Positions 55,054 to 64,000 of a stretch of 64,000 bases of DNA are shown here, piece after piece; the first letter of the stretch is position 1, and the number at the start of each line of letters is the position of its first letter. Made by a program: the position numbers and the translations under genes. This DNA is from Eledone cirrhosa (taxonomy: Eukaryota), in contig CAXHJY010000736.1 of assembly GCA_964016885.1 (NCBI GenBank), positions 124,001-188,000 on the forward strand. Direction: 5' to 3'. The notes beneath the pieces were generated by a model, which was not told where the DNA came from, did not search any database, and saw only the letters and a list, made by a program, of their open reading frames with translations.

Positions 55054-57762
55054 ATGCCTCTCACCACCACCACAATCTTAACAAACACACAGACACAGAA
55101 AACAAGTAATGACAGTAGTACAGAAATCAGAGAAATAAGAGAAAGTAATAGGATTAAAAGTAAAAGGAGATGGGAGACTAAGGACAAAGAGAATAACCAA
55201 GACGAACACACAGACACACAAAATAGGGTAGATAACAACATTGAGCCAGTGGAAAGAGACAGGAGTAATTATGAGAGACATAGAAACAACCATGAAGCTG
55301 AGGCTGTTGGTGGAAATAGAAATAGAAACAACACAACTAACAATAATAATAGCACTAGTACACATAAAGCAGCAGCCTGGAACTCTCCGTTTTATAACCC
55401 CTCCGATAAATCATTCGACCTACGACGAGTCCACGCCACGACTTTGCCATTTAACAAACGCACGCAGTTGCCGTCGCAGGTCGATGAACAAACAGAAGCA
55501 CAATTTAGTATAGCTAAATCCGAACTTAGAAATATTATAGAACAGTATAGCAAGAAGCATAATAGAATAGAGGCCCAGCAACTGGGAGAAGAATCTGCAA
55601 ATGGCTTGCGTAAGCTCATGCAGCGCTCGCGTAATGGAGAGATAGCATGTTTTCCAACAGACAAGTCTGGCAGAATGTCGGTTGACAGCCTGCCAAACTA
55701 CATCCAGGCAATGCAACCCCACATCACTAACACAAGAGAGGTAACACCACAGGAGCATGAGGATAGAGAAAAAGCCCTCAATGCCCATATGGTGATGTGG
55801 ACGAATATAATGCAGCCCAACAAAAGGACTGCCAACAACTTCCAGGCCTGGAACAATGACGTGTCGGCGTTGTATGGGCTTCGAAAAGACCATAAAACGG
55901 GCTGGGACCCTGTCGCGGGACCACCAACACGGCCAGTCTGTGGGGCTAACATTGCTAGTAACTACAGACTGTCCTACTTCCTCTACCTGATCATACGCCC
56001 CATCATTGAGATGTCCCCAGATGTGTGTGACAGCACGGAGGACCTCCTCAGCAGAATCGGCGCGGGTAACCGATCTGGGGACCTAAAAAACTGCATAATA
56101 GGCAGTATGGATGTTGTGTCCCTGTATCCATCTATTGACGTGGATTTTGATGTGGAGAAATGCGTAGAAATGATCAGCGAGAGCAAGGTTGAGTTCCGTG
56201 GGATTGATACCAGTGAGCTGGGACTTCTACTTAATCTTACCCATAGTAATAGTTACCTAGACACTTATGACCTTAGCAACCTGTGCCCTACAAGACCAGC
56301 AAGAGGCAGACCACCTACCATTACCTCAATGGCCAAGAAAACCCACACAGATAGATGGAACGGGTGGACCAGAGCCATACGGACACCCGAAAACCACGAT
56401 GAACTGAAGAAAATGATTGCACATGCGGTAGGGGCCAGCATAAAACTAACCCTTAAGGAACATATGTTCAAATTTAATGGTAAAACATATGCCCAAGAGG
56501 AAGGAGCAGCCATTGGTGTTAGCATTGCAGGCGACATAGCTAACTTATTCATGGTATGGTGGGACAGTAGACTTAAACAAAAACTTAATGAACAATTAGA
56601 AGACAGCTTAACCCTGATAATGTACTCCCGCTACGTAGATGATATAAACATCGTAGTTAAGACACCCCTACTAAAGAACAGTCAGGAACTAGAGAAAAAC
56701 ACAATGGAAAGCATCCAGCAAATAGCAAACTCCATCCACCAGAGCATTAGAGTTACTATAGACTACCCAAGTAGACACCCCAACCATCGATTACCTGTAC
56801 TAGACACAGAGCTCTGGTTAGATACCATTAACAACCAAAAACAAATCCTCCATTCCCATTATGCCAAACCCATGACTTCCAAACATCTGATCCACCGAAA
56901 CTCGGCCATTTCGGACCATACCAAAATCAACATACTGATTGCGGATTTGGTACGGGTGATGAGAAATGTGTCCCGCATGTGCAACCCCGAAGAACTAGAG
57001 AGACACATACAACACTTCATCCACCGTATGCAGTTCTCTGGCTACAATCAGAGAGATAGAATCAAAGTGTATAAAGGAGCCAGAACCAAATGGGAAAAAA
57101 TGGTAAATAATGACATAAATGGGACCTGCCCCTTGTATAGGAGCAAATTTTGGAATAGAATAGAAAGAACTAGGAACAAGGCCAATAGAATAAACTCATG
57201 GTATGATAGCAATAAATACCAGAGTGTAACGTTCATCAATACAACCCCTAGAGGCGAACTAGCCTACAAATTTAGAAGGGCCCTAAATAAACATAATCTC
57301 AATATTAAGATAGTAGAAAGACCTGGTACCTCCGTAAAAACACTTATTAGCAAGACATACCCGTCCCAAAGACCCTCATGTATAGATAAGAAATGTATAA
57401 CCTGTAAAATAAGCCACCATATTAACTGTAAAACTACAAATGTAGTGTATAGCATAAGATGTACTGAAGGACAATGTAGAAACAAAAATATAGTGTACAT
57501 AGGTGAGACAGCTCGTAGTATAGGGGAACGAATAAATGAACACTGGCGAGACCTCCAAGATAATAAAGAATCATCTGTGCTCTACCAACATGCTAAGATA
57601 GAACACAGGGGTAGATTAGAGAGCATAGAAATAAAAATAGAATCCACACACAGAAAAGACGCAATGTTTAGGCAAATTACAGAGGCAGTAAGCATAAAAG
57701 AATTAAAACCAAAATTAAATAGAAAATATGAGTGGAACAGCAACATCACAACTTACAATTAA
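55054..57762 (+). CDS. Penelope-like RT + GIY-YIG endonuclease, 902 aa, Neptune/Nematis-type Cys linker
   Basis: PTDKSG, LRKDHK...PTRPV, GSMDVVSLYPSI, QEEGAAIG, YSRYVDD, LPVLD, CIDKKCITC, NVVYSIRC...C...YIGETARSIGERINEH, LYQH, LNRKYEW. Confidence 0.93.
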   Translation: MPLTTTTILTNTQTQKTSNDSSTEIREIRESNRIKSKRRWETKDKENNQDEHTDTQNRVDNNIEPVERDRSNYERHRNNHEAEAVGGNRNRNNTTNNNNSTSTHKAAAWNSPFYNPSDKSFDLRRVHATTLPFNKRTQLPSQVDEQTEAQFSIAKSELRNIIEQYSKKHNRIEAQQLGEESANGLRKLMQRSRNGEIACFPTDKSGRMSVDSLPNYIQAMQPHITNTREVTPQEHEDREKALNAHMVMWTNIMQPNKRTANNFQAWNNDVSALYGLRKDHKTGWDPVAGPPTRPVCGANIASNYRLSYFLYLIIRPIIEMSPDVCDSTEDLLSRIGAGNRSGDLKNCIIGSMDVVSLYPSIDVDFDVEKCVEMISESKVEFRGIDTSELGLLLNLTHSNSYLDTYDLSNLCPTRPARGRPPTITSMAKKTHTDRWNGWTRAIRTPENHDELKKMIAHAVGASIKLTLKEHMFKFNGKTYAQEEGAAIGVSIAGDIANLFMVWWDSRLKQKLNEQLEDSLTLIMYSRYVDDINIVVKTPLLKNSQELEKNTMESIQQIANSIHQSIRVTIDYPSRHPNHRLPVLDTELWLDTINNQKQILHSHYAKPMTSKHLIHRNSAISDHTKINILIADLVRVMRNVSRMCNPEELERHIQHFIHRMQFSGYNQRDRIKVYKGARTKWEKMVNNDINGTCPLYRSKFWNRIERTRNKANRINSWYDSNKYQSVTFINTTPRGELAYKFRRALNKHNLNIKIVERPGTSVKTLISKTYPSQRPSCIDKKCITCKISHHINCKTTNVVYSIRCTEGQCRNKNIVYIGETARSIGERINEHWRDLQDNKESSVLYQHAKIEHRGRLESIEIKIESTHRKDAMFRQITEAVSIKELKPKLNRKYEWNSNITTYN

Positions 57763-58370
57763 GGACAAAATGAAAACACACACACACATAGAACAAACAA
57801 CTTACAATTGAAAACACACACAAAATGAAAACACACACACACATAGAACAAACAACCAACCAACAATAAATAAATAAATAAATAAATAAATAAACAAATA
57901 GAAAAATATAAATAGAAAAATAGAAAAATGAACACAAACACACACAGACACCCGGATGTGGCGCATGCGCAAACTGAGCACACAACACACACACAGAAAC
58001 AAAATGGCGTAGGATAGAAGAAAGGAAAGGCACAGAAACGAAGAAAGGAATCCCCAGTCACTGAAGAGGTCACAGAGTGTGTGAAGAAAGGACTATAACT
58101 ATATATATATAAACAACTATCTGGCTGTGGAACCAACCAACCAACCAGAAATTTATAAGTTTGTAAATTTGTAAATTTATAAATTTATAAATATATAATA
58201 AATTGAAGTGAAAGCAACTGGTGCGTGTGTTTCTTATTGGCAACATGACCCTCCCAAACTATAACAATATCGGTTTCAACACACGATTTCAGATAAAGAA
58301 TCTTGCTAATCAAATTCAGAAACGAAACATATATATATATATATATATATACATATATACATATATATAC

Positions 58371-58421
<51 letters not shown>

Positions 58422-58520
58422 CATATATACATATATATACATATATATATATATAGACATATATACATATATATACATATATACATATATACATATATAC
58501 ATATATATATACATATATAT

Positions 58521-58637
<117 letters not shown>

Positions 58638-58728
58638 CATATATATATACATATATATATATACACATATATATATACATATATATATATACATATATAT
58701 ATACATATATATATATACATATATATAT

Positions 58729-59477
<749 letters not shown>

Positions 59478-59512
59478 TATACATATATACATATATATAT
59501 ACATATATATAC

Positions 59513-59543
<31 letters not shown>

Positions 59544-59659
59544 CATATATATACATATATATACATATATATACATATATATACATATATATACATATAT
59601 ATATATATATACACATATATATACATATATATACATATATATACATATATATACATACA

Positions 59660-59723
<64 letters not shown>

Positions 59724-59760
59724 CATATATATACATATATATACATATATATACATATAC

Positions 59761-59831
<71 letters not shown>

Positions 59832-59918
59832 CATATATATATACATATATATACATATATATATATATACATATATATACATATACATATATATACATAT
59901 ACATATATATACATATAC

Positions 59919-59951
<33 letters not shown>

Positions 59952-60004
59952 CATATATATACATATATATATATATACATATATACATATATATACATAT
60001 ATAC

Positions 60005-60035
<31 letters not shown>

Positions 60036-60417
60036 CATATATATACATATATATATATATATACATATATATACATATATATATACATATATATATATAC
60101 ATACATATATATATAAAGGTACTATTATGACCTATAAAAACTAACACCCTCCCATCCCCTCTGGCTTTCGGCTGACTGCCACAGTAGCGATGGGTAGCAG
60201 TAAACTTTGGCAAGGCATAGGTGGGCCACTGACAGCGAATTTCTTTGAAATCTGCGGTGCTCATGGTCAACTTCCTTCGGACATGCGCTTGCGCAGACCG
60301 GTGGGGGTGAATTGGTACTCACAAGGGAACGGATGAAAAACCCAAAAGCACGAACTTCATCCGTTCCCATGTCGATTCAATTTGGATTGCCTCGGAAACA
60401 ACCTTATTATGTAACAA

Positions 60418-60491
60418 GCTGTCTGATGATGTCACGACACTCGCACACAGAACAGTGTGGCCAGTGTCCTCATTGAAATATATATCACAGC
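60418..60491 (+). ncRNA. Type I hammerhead (family K) in an ORF-less ~510-bp island (60115-60627)
   Basis: GCTGT-CTGATGA-...GACACT..CACAC agaaca GTGTG...AGTGTC...-GAAA-TATATA-TC-ACAGC; the base of stem II is imperfect. Confidence 0.7.
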
Positions 60492-60624
60492 GTTATTATT
60501 AAAGGACTTGAACATCTGAAACTACTTTGCTTTTACTTATTCGATATTTACTCCGTCACTCCTATGTGGAAAAAGAACGTTGAGTGCTTGATGCAAAGTG
60601 CATCAATATTTACCCTAATAATAC

Positions 60625-60692
<68 letters not shown>

Positions 60693-60702
60693 GTATATAT
60701 AC

Positions 60703-60777
<75 letters not shown>

Positions 60778-61052
60778 CACACAAATATACATATATATAC
60801 ATATATATACACACATATATGCATATATATACATATATATATATATATACATATATATAAACACATATATACATATATATACATATATATATATATATAT
60901 ACATATATATACACACATATATACATATATATACATATATATATATATATATACATATATATACACACATATATACATATATATACACACATATATACAT
61001 ATATATACACACACATATACATATATTTACATATATATACATATATATATAT

Positions 61053-61143
<91 letters not shown>

Positions 61144-61160
61144 CACATATATATATATAT

Positions 61161-61219
<59 letters not shown>

Positions 61220-61232
61220 TATATATATATAT

Positions 61233-61283
<51 letters not shown>

Positions 61284-61312
61284 CACACATATATATACAT
61301 ATATATACACAC

Positions 61313-61343
<31 letters not shown>

Positions 61344-61402
61344 CACATATATATATATACATATATATACACACATATATACACACATATATATATACAG
61401 AC

Positions 61403-61457
<55 letters not shown>

Positions 61458-61566
61458 CATATATATATATATACATATATATATATACATATATATATAT
61501 ACATATATATATATACATATATATATATACATATATATATATACATATATATATATATACACACAT

Positions 61567-61597
<31 letters not shown>

Positions 61598-61658
61598 CAT
61601 ATATATACATACATATACATATATATATATATATATATATACATATATCCATATCCAT

Positions 61659-63782
61659 GTGATACAAGTTACCAGTTTTGTCCGAGTGGACATGGATTTT
61701 TTTAGACTTTTTCACATGGATATTGAAGATTATAATGAGTTCATATATAAAGAACTCAGGAAAAATTATAAAAAATCTAATAATGCGTCACTCACCAACA
61801 TCAACAACAAAACACACAACATAGTAAAAAAACTAAACATTGAAGATAGAACTGAGCCTTTGGCATTGAAAAGACCACACTTCAACCTGAAGGATCATAA
61901 ATCAAACTTTAACTCAAATCCTTCTATAAGACTTATATGTCCCTCCAAATCTGATATTGGAATAATTAGCAAAAAAATTTTGGATAGAGTCATCCCACAA
62001 ATAAGAAAACACGTTATTTTACCACTCTGGGAAAACACTTCCCAGGTAATTAACTGGTTTAAAAATATTAGATGTAAATCTTCTGCTTCATTTCTACAAT
62101 TTGATATAGATAATTACCATTCTTCTATATCACCTATACTCCTGAACAAAGCATTGATATTTGATAAAAATAGATCTAACTTAACTTTGGATGACATTAA
62201 TATTATTACACATGCTAGACTAACACTTATTGAATTTCAGAATGAATACTGGACCAGAAACACATATAGTAATCTATTTGATATTACTATGGGTTCAAGC
62301 GATTCCGCCCAAATTACTGATCTTGTGGGCCTATTTCTCCTTTTCAACATAAATGCCTCCTTTCCCCACCTTAAAGGTGGTTTATATCGTGATGACTGTC
62401 TTCTTCTTTCCAACAACCTTAGCCTTTCAGAAATAGAAAAAAACAAAAAGCATATTAGAACTCTCCTTAAAGACTATTATAGTCTTCATATTACTTTTGA
62501 AAAAACAAGTAAAGTAGTAAATTTCCTAGATATAACTTTAGACTTAGCTACGGGTATCTACCAACCTTACCATAAACCCAACCAAAACTTACACTACATA
62601 CACTCACAATCTAATCACCCTAAATCTATCCTTAAAAACCTTGCATATAATATATCACTTAGAATTTCTAACCTTTCTTCTAACCAAGATGTATTTGATA
62701 AAAATGCGACCTTCTATAACGAAGCTCTAGATAGAAGTGGCCACAAAAATAGATTAGAATATATACCTTCTACTAAAAATACTAAAAACATACAACCTAA
62801 TATTACCAACAAACACCAAATGAAAAGTACACACCTAAATGCCACCCACACTATACCCCAAAATACCAAATCTTCTAATATAAAGTATAGTAACTCTCAA
62901 AAAACTACTCATCATACAACTCTAATAAATGTTAATAATAAAACTCCTAATAAACAAGATAAAACACCTAAATCTACAAATATAACTAAAAATGTGCGTG
63001 GTGAGATCATTAACATTAATCCTCCTAGTAAACATCACGATACAACCTATAAAAATAATAAACAACATAGAAACCGTAATAGACGGGTTACTTGGTATAA
63101 TGCTCCATTTAATTTACAAATTAAGGATAATATTGCTAAAAAAATTTTTTATATCCTAGAGAAAAACTTCCCGCCAAACCACAAATACCATCAAATCTTA
63201 AATAGGTCTACAGTTAAATTCTCATACTCAACAACAAATAACATAAAACAAAATATAAGTGCCTATAATGCATATAAATGTAAGAAAACCATAAGTATAC
63301 CACCAATACATCAAACTAACCATAATATCTCCTCAAATACAGTATTAACGAAAGGTTGTAACTGTAGAAACAAAGCAAACTGCCCATTAAAAGGAAATTG
63401 TCTTGTTAACAACATAGTTTATAAATGTAATGTTAAAACTAAAGATTCTATTTGCTCATATATAGGAGCTACTTCTAACAATTTTAAGGCAAGGTTTAAT
63501 ACCCACAAACATAGTTTTAAAAATGCCGCACTGGCTAATACAACATCTCTAGCAGAAAAAATCAATAGTTATAAAAATAAGAATATAGAATATGATTTGA
63601 CCTGGAGTGTGCTCAAAAGAGCCACCCCTTATCAAAATAATAGAAATGAATGTAGATTATGTTCCCAAGAACTATTTGAAATAATGAAATCTAAGGATAT
63701 CCTATTAAATAAACGACAGGAATTAATTATATCGTGTAATCATAAACTAAGAAAAACATTTAAATATTATAAACCTAATTAA
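61659..63782 (+). CDS. Hydra-type Penelope-like RT + GIY-YIG, 707 aa, 5'-truncated
   Basis: [79 protein letters not shown]...[19 protein letters not shown]...CNH. Short inversion at the 5' junction. Confidence 0.92.
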   Translation: MIQVTSFVRVDMDFFRLFHMDIEDYNEFIYKELRKNYKKSNNASLTNINNKTHNIVKKLNIEDRTEPLALKRPHFNLKDHKSNFNSNPSIRLICPSKSDIGIISKKILDRVIPQIRKHVILPLWENTSQVINWFKNIRCKSSASFLQFDIDNYHSSISPILLNKALIFDKNRSNLTLDDINIITHARLTLIEFQNEYWTRNTYSNLFDITMGSSDSAQITDLVGLFLLFNINASFPHLKGGLYRDDCLLLSNNLSLSEIEKNKKHIRTLLKDYYSLHITFEKTSKVVNFLDITLDLATGIYQPYHKPNQNLHYIHSQSNHPKSILKNLAYNISLRISNLSSNQDVFDKNATFYNEALDRSGHKNRLEYIPSTKNTKNIQPNITNKHQMKSTHLNATHTIPQNTKSSNIKYSNSQKTTHHTTLINVNNKTPNKQDKTPKSTNITKNVRGEIININPPSKHHDTTYKNNKQHRNRNRRVTWYNAPFNLQIKDNIAKKIFYILEKNFPPNHKYHQILNRSTVKFSYSTTNNIKQNISAYNAYKCKKTISIPPIHQTNHNISSNTVLTKGCNCRNKANCPLKGNCLVNNIVYKCNVKTKDSICSYIGATSNNFKARFNTHKHSFKNAALANTTSLAEKINSYKNKNIEYDLTWSVLKRATPYQNNRNECRLCSQELFEIMKSKDILLNKRQELIISCNHKLRKTFKYYKPN

Positions 63783-64000
63783 TAACATTATTTTAGAAAT
63801 TAATATATAATTTAATTTAAATGTTAGTTAACCTATAAATTTAATTTAATTAAAATTCTACTACAGATGGGATTATAAAATATTGTGTAATCATAAATTG
63901 CGAAAAACTTTTAAATATTACTAATATATACTTAATAAATTAATTTATAGATTAATTTTAATTTATTTAACCTTTTATTAAAATTCCTTTACAGATAAAA

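Larger units (their letters stand above)
53960..58330 (+). mobile_element. Penelope-like element with a 5' inverted copy of its own 3' end
   Basis: 53960-54690 is the reverse complement of ~57540-58270; flanked by (TA)n. Confidence 0.92.

Noticed and set aside
54467-55241. Val/Cys/Asn-rich ORFs
   Set aside because: Products of (CAA)/(CA)-rich low-complexity sequence plus the inverted copy of the PLE C-terminus.

Overview
Eukaryotic, gene-free, repeat-saturated DNA. The repeat content resembles an invertebrate, probably an octopus-like cephalopod; that assignment is inference. Nearly every non-simple sequence sits inside (TA)n/(TACA)n microsatellite, and the many YIYI-type ORFs are artefacts. 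Mobile elements: (i) Penelope-like elements (PLEs; RT + C-terminal GIY-YIG), including a long open Neptune/Nematis-type ORF (55054-57762), a 5'-truncated Hydra-type ORF (61659-63782) and several fragments with inverted pseudo-LTRs; (ii) three RTE-clade LINEs, two with uninterrupted APE-RT ORFs; (iii) an L1/Tx1 fragment, a CR1-group 3' end, two tRNA-derived SINEs and a MITE-like element. Reading the non-coding DNA by eye gives about 30 type I hammerhead-ribozyme (HHR) motifs, some degenerate, in about 11 sequence families. Two ORF-less tandem arrays (469/470 bp at 1-2572 and 616 bp at 37688-41046) carry one HHR per unit and look like retrozymes (circular-RNA-derived non-autonomous retroelements). 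Both arrays show an alternating A/B dimeric periodicity. The 616-bp unit has a non-canonical 136-nt HHR (U3-A8 core, about 80-nt stem II, extended stem III), supported by covariation with a diverged copy. All folds are manual predictions and none has been tested.
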